Below the pieces are notes generated by a model. The model was not told the origin of the DNA, searched no databases, and saw nothing but the letters and a program-made list of their open reading frames with translations. A DNA stretch of 64,000 nucleotides from Deltaproteobacteria bacterium (GTDB lineage Bacteria; Myxococcota_A; Polyangia; Polyangiales; JADJMO01): contig JACPFM010000026.1 of NCBI GenBank assembly GCA_016182965.1, positions 30,190 to 94,189 of the forward strand, written 5' to 3'. Below are positions 17,102 to 26,878 of the stretch, in pieces. Each line of letters opens with the position of its first letter. Positions within the stretch are counted from its first letter, which is position 1. A program made the translations under genes and the position numbers.

Positions 17102-18073
17102 TCACAGCATCCGCTCCAGTGACGCCGGCGTCCTCGGGTCGACCGCGACAGGTTCCTGCTCGAGCCACAGACCGCGGCTCGCGAGCTCCCGCACGAGAGC
17201 CGGCGCTTCGCCGAGATCGAGGTCCTCGGGCCATATCCCCGGCAGCCCCTTCGCCTCAACGAGCTCAGTCCAGAACTCCGGCACGAACCACAGCAGGTCG
17301 GAACGGAGCGCCCGGAGATGCCGGAGGATGCGTACGCCGTTGGGGTCGAGGTCGCCGAAGTGGACCAGGGGCACATGGACCACACGCTCGAGAAGTCGAG
17401 CGACCGTTGCCGTGTCCCATCCAGGCACGTGCACCAGCAGCCAGCCATCGACGGCGCGTAGATCGCAGAACGCGCCGAGGTTCTCGACGAGCAGCGCCGC
17501 GCGGATCGTTCCTTCGAGAGCGAGGCCTGCGCTGAGGGCACGTTCTGGGATCGACACCTCACCGAGGACAGCCGCAACTGCTGCCAGGTCGACTCTCCCC
17601 TGTGGCGTGATCGCGACCAGTCCTTGCGGCGGTCGGAGGCGCACCGAACCGTCGTGCGTGGCCTCAGCGTCGCCGAGCGCGGCCAGGCGCCGATCCGTGA
17701 GCGTCGCCTTCGAGTGCGGCGCGACGAGTGCGGCCGCGGTTCGCCGGTTGAGCTGGTCTGGAAGCTGCGGCAGCCCCTCGGCGCGCTGCGCGTCTCCGAG
17801 CTCGCTCCAGCCGTCGGGGGTGGGCGCGAGCCCGCGCGCCGTCAGCGCTGCGAGCACCTCGCCCCACTCCGGCCAGACACGCCCGAGCAGCGCGACAAGC
17901 TCGTGTCGCCGTTCTTCGACAAGGCCGACCTCGTCACGACGCCCCGTGCGTCGTGTCCAAGGTAGTTCGTCGAGGGCATCCCAGGCAGACGCTTGCGCAC
18001 GTCGTCGCTTGAGCGAGCCGCGAACGAGCAGCTCCAAGAGGGCGAGACGGGCCGCCTCGGATCGCCAGTTCAC
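17102..18073 (-). CDS. jetD: Wadjet JetD (Toprim-domain nuclease subunit)
   Basis: Toprim-like LLVENLGAF and HFGDLDPNGVRILRHL motifs. GTGA overlap with the jetC stop. Confidence 0.8.
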   Translation of the reverse strand: MNWRSEAARLALLELLVRGSLKRRRAQASAWDALDELPWTRRTGRRDEVGLVEERRHELVALLGRVWPEWGEVLAALTARGLAPTPDGWSELGDAQRAEGLPQLPDQLNRRTAAALVAPHSKATLTDRRLAALGDAEATHDGSVRLRPPQGLVAITPQGRVDLAAVAAVLGEVSIPERALSAGLALEGTIRAALLVENLGAFCDLRAVDGWLLVHVPGWDTATVARLLERVVHVPLVHFGDLDPNGVRILRHLRALRSDLLWFVPEFWTELVEAKGLPGIWPEDLDLGEAPALVRELASRGLWLEQEPVAVDPRTPASLERML

Positions 18074-21000
18074 GCCTCAGCCCTCGTCCGACGGCCGCTG
18101 ACGAGCACCTCCTCTCGCCCGTCGGAAGTCATCTTGCGGACGAGACGATAGGTGGTGTTGCCCTCTGCCCGCGCGACCTCTGGCGCGGCGATGAGGAGCT
18201 GCAGGTCGAGCGCCTGGCACAGGTCAAAGAGCACGCCGAGGTTGTCATGCGAAAGGCGGTTGGCCTCGTCGAGGAACAGGAAACGGAGCGATCCGTGCGA
18301 CTTCTTGCCCCGAAGGAGCATTGCATCGCGTTCCCACTCCGTGAGGACGACCATCATGAGCGCCGCGCCGACGCCGATCGCCTCGCCCGTCGAGAGTCGG
18401 CCGGGGTTCGCGATCTCCCAATCGGCGCCCGCCTTCCGACGCACCTCGACCTGCAGGTGGACGTACTCACGGTAGTCGAGCAGCTTCTGACCGCCGGTAC
18501 GCCCTCCGCCGAAGCGCTGGAAGATCTGATCGAGCGCGTCCTCGATCGGTAGGTCGGCCTGAAAGAGGAGCGCCTGAGCGGCACCGTCGCGCAGCGCTCG
18601 GAGCACCTGCTCCATCTTCTCGACCGCGTTCTGGCGAACCCGAATCCCCTGGATGCTGCCGAAACTGACGCCCTCGAGATTCTTGTTGAGGCGGTTGACC
18701 TGTGTGCGCGCCTTGCGCTTCTGCACCTCGATGCCGCGCGCGACGTCCTCGCTCCGACCACGGAGGACGCTCTCCTGGCTCTGGAGCCGCTCCTCCAAGG
18801 CCGAGAGCTGATCGCGCAAACGAAGGAGCGCCTCGCGCGGGTCATCGACCTCAGCGACCTGCGCCGGCAGGCGGCGACGCAGCCAGTCGCGCACCGCGAG
18901 CCACAGGTCGAGGACGGCCGCGGCGAACTCGCCCTCCGATGGGGCGAGAAGTGTCTGCAGTTCCGCCAGGAGTTGCGCGCCACCTTGCGCCCCGCGCAGG
19001 CGCTCGACGAGGAGCTCTCGCCAGGTGTTGGCCCTCTGCACGAGGTTCGGGTGGCCACGGACCTCGGCGAGGTCTCTTGGAGGCTCAGTGAGGAGGCTAC
19101 CAACGACTCGTAGTCTCGCCGCGCGCTCGCGAAGATCGTCCCAGCGCTTCACGGCAGGCTCGGCCTCGCTGCGCTCCTTGGCGAGCTTCTCCTCGGCCTC
19201 CTCGAGACGGCGGGCAGTCTCGCTGACGTTGCCCTCCTGGCGGCCTTTCGTGGTCAGCAGCTCACGGTGCCTGTTGTCGTGACTCCGATGTTCTTCGTCG
19301 AGATGCGCGACCTCCTTCTCTGCTGCCGCAAGCGCCTCCTCGCTCGGATCAGGAATGCCGAGCCCGTCGAATCGCTCCATCGCCTGCGTCTGCGTATGCG
19401 TCGCGGCAAGCCGCTTCCCGTCGGCGTCTTGGAATGCAGTGAGCGCCGCATTGAAGCTCGTCTCCGCGGCCTTCGCTTCGCGCTCGACCGCAGCTCGGTG
19501 CAGCTCGGCCTCGTGAAGCTGCTGCTTGATGGCAGGAACGAGAGCCTGTTCGTTGGCCAGCCGCGCGGGCGCGTCCTCCCAGGCCAGGGCCTCGACATTC
19601 GACTGGACGTACTCGAGCGCGTCGATGCCCTCCTTCAGACGTTCGCGCCGATTCGTGAGCTGCTGCAGTCGCTCGCGCAGCCGAACGACGTCTTCGTCCG
19701 AAAGCGGCACCTGTCGCAGAACGGTCTGATGACGGTCGACGAGCTCGGCGTTCGCCTTCTGGCGAGCCACCAGCTCCTTGGCCACCCGAGCTGCCTGAAG
19801 CTCGTGTTCCAGCGACCGGGCGCGTTCTGCGAAGTCAGGTGGATCGAGCAGCAGCGCTTCGCCGAGCAGCACACGCAGGCCGGTCACGCGAGGGCGCACC
19901 GTTCGCGCCGCCTCCGCGTGACGCAGGCTGGCGGCACGATGAATCCCGAGCTGGGCCTCGCCCTCGACGATCGAGCGCTTCGCCTCGGCCAGCTCAGGAG
20001 CAGGATCCCCAGCGAGCCACACAGCATGACCCACCAACAGCGCCTCGCCGTCGGCGACAAGGCGTTCGAGATGTCGGCGTCCGACCCTCGCTTCTTCGAG
20101 CTCGCGAGCCTTCCGATCAGCTTCACGATTGAGCTCGGCGGCACGTGCCTCACGAGCTCGGCGTCCGAGCCGAGGATGCGAGGGGATGCGCGAGACGCGG
20201 AGGGCGATCCCATCCTCCACGGCGACGTCTCGATCGCCAACGTCGATCGGGCTGGTTGCCGAGGCGAGTTGCTCAAGGTCCGCGTCTCGCGAGACGAGCA
20301 GTACGTTCGCAAGCGCGTCCGACCTCACGTCGAGGGTGCGGGCTGTCGCTTTCGGATCGTCGACCACGAGCGCCTGGGCAAGCGGGCCCAAGCGCGCCTC
20401 CAGACGTCCCGCTTCGTCCAACCCGACATCCTCGAAGCTGCCAGCCACCAACTCCGCGCCAAGCTGATCCTTCAGCTTCAGCAGCTCGGGCGCGAAAGGA
20501 CCACCTTGAGCCAGAAGGTCACGAGCCTGCCGAAGCAGCGCCTCGTGCTCCTCGCGTGCGTCGTCCTCGGCCCTCCGCGCTGTCACGAGTCGGTCGCTGA
20601 GTGTGGCACGCGCAGCATCCAGCGTGGCCCGATTGTCCACTGGGGTACCGAGATGTTCGGCGAGGCGGGCTGCGCGTTCCGCGAGAGCGCGGAACACTGG
20701 CTCGCGTTCGACGAGGGAACGGCGGCGCGACTCCAGGTCCTTCAGGTCTCGTTCGAGCTGCTGGGCGGACGCCTTCGCGGCGCGCTCTCGATCTTCGTGG
20801 TCCTTCAGCTCGGTTTCGGCTTCGCCGAGAAGTCGCTCGACGAGCGGGCCCGCGGGTTCATCGCCAACGACGACCTCGAGCGCCTTCGCGCGTTCGCGCA
20901 CGCCCGACTGTCGCGTGGCTTGCCTGCGTGCCTCCGCGAGGTCGCGCTCGAGCGAAGGAAGTCGCCCAGCGAGATCCAAGCGAGTTCGGTGCTCCTGGAG

Positions 21001-22491
21001 GGCTGAGAGGGCCGCCTCGTACGCCGCGTCCATCGCGACATCGCCATCGACGAGGGCTCGCAGTGCGGCCATCACATTGGCGTGTTGCGCCCGATGTGCC
21101 TCGGCGTCGTCGAGGCGCGTCCTCGAATCTCGGCGCTCGTCGTCGACCAGGGTCAGCTCGTCGCGAGCGCTGGTGACGCGCTCGCCGAATGAGTGCACAG
21201 GGATGTGCACACCGCCAAGGCTCTCCTCGGCCTCGCGTAGACGCCGGGTCGATTGACGATAGGCGTCGGCGCGGCGGTGCAGTTCCTCGAGCCCCTGCTG
21301 GAGGTCTGCGAGACCTCCCGCGGTGCGCGTGTAGTCCTCCTCTGCACGCCGAAGCGCCTCCCGCTTGGCACCACGCTCGGCCTCGGCCGCGTCGCGCGTC
21401 GCGCCAGTCGCCTTCGCCAGCTCTTCTGCCCGCGTGAGTTGGGCGACGCACTCGGCGAGATGCTTCGCTGCAGCGAGCGCTTCGCGCAATCTTCCGTGCC
21501 AAGCACGAGCCGATTCGAGGACTTGGCCGATCTCGCCTCGCCGGCGCTCGAGGGCTTCGATCGCGCTGAGGGTCTGCGCGAGGGCATCCTTGGCGGTGTC
21601 GTGCGCCTCGGCGGCGGCGGCCCGCGCAGCTTCGGCCTCTTCGACGCGACGGGTGAGCTCCTCTGCTCGCTCTCGAGTGGCGATCAGCGCCGCAGCGAAC
21701 ATCGTCTGGCCCGCCTCGAACACTCCACCGATCTCCTGTTCGAGGCGACGCGCCTCCTGGACCTCGGTCCGCGTGCGCCGGCACGCGTCGAGGTTGGCGC
21801 GCATGCGCTGGAGCGTGTCGGCGAGCCCACCCTCTTCCTTGAGGAGGAACGAGCGCAGCTCCGAGGTGAGCGCTCGGGAGATTCCGCCGGTCATGCTGGT
21901 GCGGAGCATCTCGTTCAGCTTGTTGCGCTCCTCGTCAGTGCCGAGACGAAGCGGCGTGACCCCCTGTTCGAAGAGCGCCGCGAAGTAGTCGCGTGCAGAC
22001 GTGAAGGACTGCAGTCGGCCGCCGAGGCGCACCGCGTTCTCACGAAGCTCCTGCAGCTCGGGCACGGCCTCGCTCTCGCCCTGCTTCACGAGCAGCAAGT
22101 CCTGGAGTCGAACGTCGGCTTCCAGCCCGGAGACGATGAACGGCGTCGGCTCTACGGAGGGCTCCCCCTTCCTCTCGAGGTGGACGCCCGCGACGAGTCG
22201 ACGCTTGCCCGGCAGCACAAACTCGACGACGGCGTACGAGGGACGTCCCGATTCTCCGAGTCGGCCCCAGATGCCCTTGTCGCCTCCGGTCGCTCCGGTC
22301 TCGCCGAGGTTGGTGAACCGCAGTCGCGACATGTCAGGCAACAGCACGACGTAGGCCGCGATCATCACCGTCGTCTTGCCGGCGCCGTTCGCGCCTTCGA
22401 GCGCGGTCACATGTCGATCGAGTCCGTAGCGGGCGTAGAACACGCCCTTCCAGTTGACCAACGCCAGAGCCTCGGCAGTCGTTCGGCTCAT
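18070..22491 (-). CDS. jetC: Wadjet JetC (SMC/MukB-like ATPase)
   Basis: 1473 aa. N-terminal Walker A (LEGANGAGKTT), a very long coiled coil, C-terminal LSTGEAIG signature and Walker B LFLDEANRL. ATGA overlap with the jetB stop. Confidence 0.85.
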   Translation of the reverse strand: MSRTTAEALALVNWKGVFYARYGLDRHVTALEGANGAGKTTVMIAAYVVLLPDMSRLRFTNLGETGATGGDKGIWGRLGESGRPSYAVVEFVLPGKRRLVAGVHLERKGEPSVEPTPFIVSGLEADVRLQDLLLVKQGESEAVPELQELRENAVRLGGRLQSFTSARDYFAALFEQGVTPLRLGTDEERNKLNEMLRTSMTGGISRALTSELRSFLLKEEGGLADTLQRMRANLDACRRTRTEVQEARRLEQEIGGVFEAGQTMFAAALIATRERAEELTRRVEEAEAARAAAAEAHDTAKDALAQTLSAIEALERRRGEIGQVLESARAWHGRLREALAAAKHLAECVAQLTRAEELAKATGATRDAAEAERGAKREALRRAEEDYTRTAGGLADLQQGLEELHRRADAYRQSTRRLREAEESLGGVHIPVHSFGERVTSARDELTLVDDERRDSRTRLDDAEAHRAQHANVMAALRALVDGDVAMDAAYEAALSALQEHRTRLDLAGRLPSLERDLAEARRQATRQSGVRERAKALEVVVGDEPAGPLVERLLGEAETELKDHEDRERAAKASAQQLERDLKDLESRRRSLVEREPVFRALAERAARLAEHLGTPVDNRATLDAARATLSDRLVTARRAEDDAREEHEALLRQARDLLAQGGPFAPELLKLKDQLGAELVAGSFEDVGLDEAGRLEARLGPLAQALVVDDPKATARTLDVRSDALANVLLVSRDADLEQLASATSPIDVGDRDVAVEDGIALRVSRIPSHPRLGRRAREARAAELNREADRKARELEEARVGRRHLERLVADGEALLVGHAVWLAGDPAPELAEAKRSIVEGEAQLGIHRAASLRHAEAARTVRPRVTGLRVLLGEALLLDPPDFAERARSLEHELQAARVAKELVARQKANAELVDRHQTVLRQVPLSDEDVVRLRERLQQLTNRRERLKEGIDALEYVQSNVEALAWEDAPARLANEQALVPAIKQQLHEAELHRAAVEREAKAAETSFNAALTAFQDADGKRLAATHTQTQAMERFDGLGIPDPSEEALAAAEKEVAHLDEEHRSHDNRHRELLTTKGRQEGNVSETARRLEEAEEKLAKERSEAEPAVKRWDDLRERAARLRVVGSLLTEPPRDLAEVRGHPNLVQRANTWRELLVERLRGAQGGAQLLAELQTLLAPSEGEFAAAVLDLWLAVRDWLRRRLPAQVAEVDDPREALLRLRDQLSALEERLQSQESVLRGRSEDVARGIEVQKRKARTQVNRLNKNLEGVSFGSIQGIRVRQNAVEKMEQVLRALRDGAAQALLFQADLPIEDALDQIFQRFGGGRTGGQKLLDYREYVHLQVEVRRKAGADWEIANPGRLSTGEAIGVGAALMMVVLTEWERDAMLLRGKKSHGSLRFLFLDEANRLSHDNLGVLFDLCQALDLQLLIAAPEVARAEGNTTYRLVRKMTSDGREEVLVSGRRTRAEA

Positions 22492-23174
22492 GGCGTCGGC
22501 TCCTCATCGAGGCTCGGATCCTCGTCGGCCGCCTGTTCGCCGTCGTCGAGGACGACTTCGCCGACGCGTACGAGCCGCTCGAGCGCGACGCTCCGGTCGC
22601 CGAGACCGCGCACCGGCTCCGCGAAGCGCATCAGCGCGGGGCGAAGACGCAGGCGCGTGTCATCGAGGACGTCGACGAAGCCCAGGTCGGCGAGGCGGCG
22701 CAGGGCGTCGCCGACCTTCGTCCGCACGGCCTCCGCTGCGATGCGCTCATCGTACTTGCCCCTGCGCGCGCGTCGCGGGTCGAGGGTACGCACCAAGACG
22801 TCGGTGCCGAGCAGAGCCGACAGGCGTTGGAGGAGCGCCTCTCGCCCGACGATGCCGCCGTGCTGGAGCGTCGCCGGATCGAGGTAGAGCAGCGCGAGAG
22901 TCTGCCCGACCAGCATCTCGCCGGCCGAAAGCTGGCGTCGCCCGAGCCGGTCACCCGACGGCAACAGGTAGAAGTACCCGTCACTCTGCTGGATCAGCTC
23001 GCAGCCGAAACGCCGGTAGAACGCCTCGAGCAGCGCCTGAGCGTCGACGAGGTACTCGTACATCGTGCCATCGTCGCGTCCGATGTGTCGCCCACGCCGG
23101 AGCGCGAGGTCGACCTCCGGGTAGTGCTCGTCATCGAGCGCTTCCTCGAGCGTGTGAAAGGACGTGGCGCTCAA
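22488..23174 (-). CDS. jetB: Wadjet JetB (DUF4194-like subunit)
   Basis: Size, position and acidic C-terminus fit JetB/MksE. TTG 23174 overlaps the jetA stop (TTGA). The track ATG is 23237. Confidence 0.7.
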   Translation of the reverse strand: MSATSFHTLEEALDDEHYPEVDLALRRGRHIGRDDGTMYEYLVDAQALLEAFYRRFGCELIQQSDGYFYLLPSGDRLGRRQLSAGEMLVGQTLALLYLDPATLQHGGIVGREALLQRLSALLGTDVLVRTLDPRRARRGKYDERIAAEAVRTKVGDALRRLADLGFVDVLDDTRLRLRPALMRFAEPVRGLGDRSVALERLVRVGEVVLDDGEQAADEDPSLDEEPTP

Positions 23175-24571
23175 GGCGTATCCCTCCCATCGACCGTCCA
23201 ATCCTCGACCTCGAGCCGCGAAAGCACGGGTGCCCAAGGACGCTCATGCTCGCCATGAACACGGGCAAGGCGACCGACAGCGTCGGCGACGCGGCCGGCT
23301 GCGGCGTAGTGCAGCGCCTCTGGAAGTTTGGGCAGCACGCGCGAAGACACGTCCGCGAGGGTCGATGCACCTTCATCGATGGCCTGCGCGACCAGCGCCT
23401 CGATGTCGGCGTGAACGTTCTCGGGCTCGACCCACTCGGGATCGGCTTCGCGCTCCGTGCGCGGCCTCGCTACCGGCGGACGCTCGACGCGTGCCTCGAG
23501 CGCACGCAACAGCCGAATCGACGGCGCGTGCGCGACGAGCAGGAAGAACGGGGAAGTCGGCCATGCGGCGGCCTGATCACGCAACCGTTGGCTGAGCGCG
23601 CGGTCGGGGTCGAGCCGCACGACGTCGCGCAGGTACCGGTGGACGTACTGGTAGTACTCCGACCACGCCTGCTGCCGCGCGCTACCCCACGCCGCAATCC
23701 GATCGACGTGCTCGATGACGCGCTGGACGGTCTCCTCGGCTTCGCGGTTTTCCGCCGCCGTGGCGAGCCCCTGGATCTCGAGCAGGAGCGCGACGAACAG
23801 GTGCGTGTCGCGCAGGAGGATTTCGTTCAGCTCACTGAGCGTGCTCGTCGTCGTGTCCAGCAGCAGCTGGCAGCGGTCGACGGCACTGAACCAGTCCGAC
23901 TGGAGGAGCTTGGCGATCTCTGCCTGCACTTCCTCCTGCTGCGCATCGAGCCCGCGCTGCCGGCGCTCGATCCCGGAGACCAGCTCGGAGACCGTGACCC
24001 GCAGTGGTCCAGACACCTTGCTCTTCCACGCATCCGTGTCCGTGGCCTTTTTCGCGGCCGCGAGCACCTCCGCGAGCTGCGCGCTCAACGTGCCCGTCAG
24101 TAGGGTCAGGCTCTCACGGGTCAGGGCCTCGTCCGTCAGGAAGTACTGGACGACAGCCGCCGCGAGTGTCGTGAGCGCGTAGTCGCCCGCGCGCACGATG
24201 CCGGCCCCATCGACGCGCGCGAGCATGCGCTGCTCGCGAAGCCGCTGGATGGCGTGCGTCGCCCGCTTGCGCGGGTTCTCTGCACCGGGCTCCACGACGT
24301 CGCAGACCTGCTCGAACATGTCGATGAGCACGTCCTCCTCGAAGGAGGCCAACGCCGCCTTGTCGGCGCGCAGGTACAGTCCCGCAAGGAAGCAGAGATC
24401 GACCGTCTTGAGGTCGAGGTTCACCTGGTCGCGTGCGAGCGAGGCGATGACGCGGTTCGGTTCGTTGGAGGGCGGCGCGGGGGTCACGAGGCTCCTCCCG
24501 TCGCCGCTACCGTTGGGCAGCTCACGCGGTACCTTCTCCCTGCGGGATGAAGCCACGCCGCCCCTGTTCAT
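23171..24571 (-). CDS. jetA: Wadjet JetA (DUF3375-like kleisin-type subunit)
   Basis: First gene of the four-gene coupled operon, and its size (440-466 aa) fits JetA/MksB. The alternative GTG 24487 would remove the 50-nt overlap with lmuB. Confidence 0.7.
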   Translation of the reverse strand: MNRGGVASSRREKVPRELPNGSGDGRSLVTPAPPSNEPNRVIASLARDQVNLDLKTVDLCFLAGLYLRADKAALASFEEDVLIDMFEQVCDVVEPGAENPRKRATHAIQRLREQRMLARVDGAGIVRAGDYALTTLAAAVVQYFLTDEALTRESLTLLTGTLSAQLAEVLAAAKKATDTDAWKSKVSGPLRVTVSELVSGIERRQRGLDAQQEEVQAEIAKLLQSDWFSAVDRCQLLLDTTTSTLSELNEILLRDTHLFVALLLEIQGLATAAENREAEETVQRVIEHVDRIAAWGSARQQAWSEYYQYVHRYLRDVVRLDPDRALSQRLRDQAAAWPTSPFFLLVAHAPSIRLLRALEARVERPPVARPRTEREADPEWVEPENVHADIEALVAQAIDEGASTLADVSSRVLPKLPEALHYAAAGRVADAVGRLARVHGEHERPWAPVLSRLEVEDWTVDGRDTP

Positions 24572-26372
24572 TCCCGGTGAACAGCTCGACCTTCACGCCA
24601 TCGAGCGTCCCGTCACCGGGAAGCTGGTGGCTGTTCTCGATGATGATGACCTGCGCGTCGATGAAGGCTGCTTTCACGCTCTCCCAAAAGTGCTTCTTGA
24701 TGTCCTGCGGAAACGTCGACTCCCCAGCGTCCGGCTCCTCGTAGACGAGCAGCGGCGAGTCGATCACAACGAAGTTCGGGAAGGGACGCTCGTCCTCGAT
24801 GCAGAGGCGAAGGAGCGCGAGGTTGAACGCCGCCCGTGTGATCGCCCGTACGCCCTTGCCGTGGCTCTTCCGCGCGCGGCCCGAGATCACCACGTCCTGG
24901 TCGTTCTCGCTGAACGAGACGCGATCGAGGTCGGGGAAGTGCCACGCCTTCAGGAGCGCTTCGACCTCGCGGCTGAACGGGTCGGCCTGCGCGGTGCTCA
25001 CGGCTGCGCCAGCGACGTCCGTCTTCTGCTTCTTCTTCGGCTTGTTCGCCTCCTCGAGCAGCTCTTCGAGTTCCTGAATCCGCTCGAGGTGCTCGATCGC
25101 CTTGCGGCAACGCTCCGCGCGCACGCGAAGCTCGTCGACCTTCTTGGATGCGACGTCGACGAGCTGCTCCAACAGCCCCTTCAGCTCCGACGAGATCGCA
25201 TCGAGCTCGGCTTGGCGAGTGTCGCGGGTAGCCTGGAGCTGCTCGATTTCGGCGGCGTTGGCGGCTCGCGTGGTCTGAAGGTCCTGGAGCAGCTTCGAGG
25301 TCTTGGCCGCCTCGGCTTTGCACGCCTGTGAGACGTCCGCCGGTGCCGGGCTCGCCTTCGGATGTTCGTGATGCTGGTGTTCGGCGAGCGCGCCACACAT
25401 CGGGCACCGCTCCTCCTTGAGCTGGTCGAGCCGAACCCCGGCCTCGGCGATCGCCTCCAGCCGTCGCAGGTCGGACTCGTACTGCAGCTCCAGCAAGTCG
25501 AACCGCGTCTGCAGCTCCGACAGAACCGCGAGCTTCGACTCGACCGCCTTCAGCGCCGTCCACGCCGTGCTGCGCTTCGTTTGCAGGGGCACCACGCTCG
25601 CCTGCGCGGCGTTGCGCTCAACGAGAGCCGTCTGAATCGAAGCTTCGATTCGGGTCAGGCGGTCGCGCTCCTCGGCGAGCGAGCTCACCTCGCCAAGCTC
25701 GGCGAGGCGTTCCCGCGTCGCCTTCAGCAGGCTCTCTAGCAGTTCGACCTTGCCAGCCTGGCGCCCCTTCGCGACCTTCGGATTTTCCTTCGCGATGATC
25801 GAGGAGTCGTCGGTGCCCGTGAGCAGGAGGCGAAACACGCCGCTCTCCACGGTCTTCGACGTGAACTGCCCACTGAGAACCGGCGAGTCCTCCTTGATGA
25901 CCGTCTCCTCGTCGATGATGACGAGCCGGGCGATGTCGCGGAAGCTGAGCGGCCGCGTCTTGCCCTGTTCGTTGGTGCGAACCTTCTTCGTACCCAGTCC
26001 CGACAGGTCGAGGAGGAACTGCGAGACGGTGTCCTCCTTGCCCCCTTGGTGCTTCGCCGCGAGCACGCGGTCGGGCTGCCCGTCGGTCTTGCAGAGCACC
26101 TCGCCGCCACGGAGGCTCCGCTCCAGCGAGTAGACGCGCCTGTCGCTGTTGGCCTCGATGTCGATGACGACGGAGCTGTAGCCCTCCGCTTCGGGGATCT
26201 CCTTCGGCGCGGCGCCGCCGCCGAGCGCGTAGTCGAGGCACTGAGCGATGAAGCTCTTGCCCGAATCGGAGGGGCCCGCGATGACGTTCAGTCCGCGCGT
26301 GAACGTGACCTCGGCCGGCGCTTTCCCCGGTCCGATGAGCGCGAGACGCCGAAGGGCGAAGCCGAACTTCAT
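24522..26372 (-). CDS. lmuB: Lamassu LmuB / ABC-3C SMC-like ATPase
   Basis: N-terminus NVIAGPSDSGKSFIAQCLDYALGG (Walker A, DUF3732-like), central coiled coil with a CPMCG zinc-hook-like motif, C-terminal Walker B FVVIDSPLL. ATGA overlap with lmuC. Confidence 0.75.
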   Translation of the reverse strand: MKFGFALRRLALIGPGKAPAEVTFTRGLNVIAGPSDSGKSFIAQCLDYALGGGAAPKEIPEAEGYSSVVIDIEANSDRRVYSLERSLRGGEVLCKTDGQPDRVLAAKHQGGKEDTVSQFLLDLSGLGTKKVRTNEQGKTRPLSFRDIARLVIIDEETVIKEDSPVLSGQFTSKTVESGVFRLLLTGTDDSSIIAKENPKVAKGRQAGKVELLESLLKATRERLAELGEVSSLAEERDRLTRIEASIQTALVERNAAQASVVPLQTKRSTAWTALKAVESKLAVLSELQTRFDLLELQYESDLRRLEAIAEAGVRLDQLKEERCPMCGALAEHQHHEHPKASPAPADVSQACKAEAAKTSKLLQDLQTTRAANAAEIEQLQATRDTRQAELDAISSELKGLLEQLVDVASKKVDELRVRAERCRKAIEHLERIQELEELLEEANKPKKKQKTDVAGAAVSTAQADPFSREVEALLKAWHFPDLDRVSFSENDQDVVISGRARKSHGKGVRAITRAAFNLALLRLCIEDERPFPNFVVIDSPLLVYEEPDAGESTFPQDIKKHFWESVKAAFIDAQVIIIENSHQLPGDGTLDGVKVELFTGNEQGRRGFIPQGEGTA

Positions 26373-26878
26373 GACGCCTCCTCGGTCCAGAGAACGGACT
26401 CCATCGAGAACTCAGCGCCCCACGTGCCGATGCGCTCGCGGACCATCGAATCGAGCTCTGTGTCGTCGAGGGCGCCGAAGCTGTCGACCACCCAGTCCGC
26501 GCGATCACGCAGGCCCGCGAGGTACTCGGTGCTGAGCGTGTCGAGGAAGTCAGCGGACTTGTCGGTTGCGGCGAAGAAGATGCCGCCGTCCTTGTAGACG
26601 CGCTCGATGAGCCCACGGCTCTCGTAGAGCGTGAGCCCGTCTTGAATCACGCCGCGACGAACGAGGATCTCGCCGCCGCGATGCGGAGTTCTCGGATGCA
26701 GCCCCTCGGGTCCACCCTCGATGTCGTCGGAGTGGACGAGGAAGTAGTCGAACACCACGAGCCGCTGCAGCGCGTACGCAGCGGGGAACGCCGTGGTCAG
26801 CACGCAGAGAGCACGCAGGCCGATCTCCACGGGCCCGTTGAACGGCGAGACGAAGTGGGTGGGCGTCTCGGTCGTCAT
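26369..26878 (-). CDS. lmuC: Lamassu LmuC / ABC-3C middle component
   Basis: A ~169-aa helical protein wedged between the effector and the ATPase, with ATGA overlaps on both sides. Confidence 0.6.
   Translation of the reverse strand: MTTETPTHFVSPFNGPVEIGLRALCVLTTAFPAAYALQRLVVFDYFLVHSDDIEGGPEGLHPRTPHRGGEILVRRGVIQDGLTLYESRGLIERVYKDGGIFFAATDKSADFLDTLSTEYLAGLRDRADWVVDSFGALDDTELDSMVRERIGTWGAEFSMESVLWTEEAS

Noticed and set aside
18152-22887. Plus-strand ORFs 19267-21006 (579 aa), 21253-22887 (544 aa) and others across the jetC region
   Set aside because: They are shadow ORFs antisense to jetC/jetB. Their composition is low-complexity Arg/Leu/Glu-rich with no motifs.
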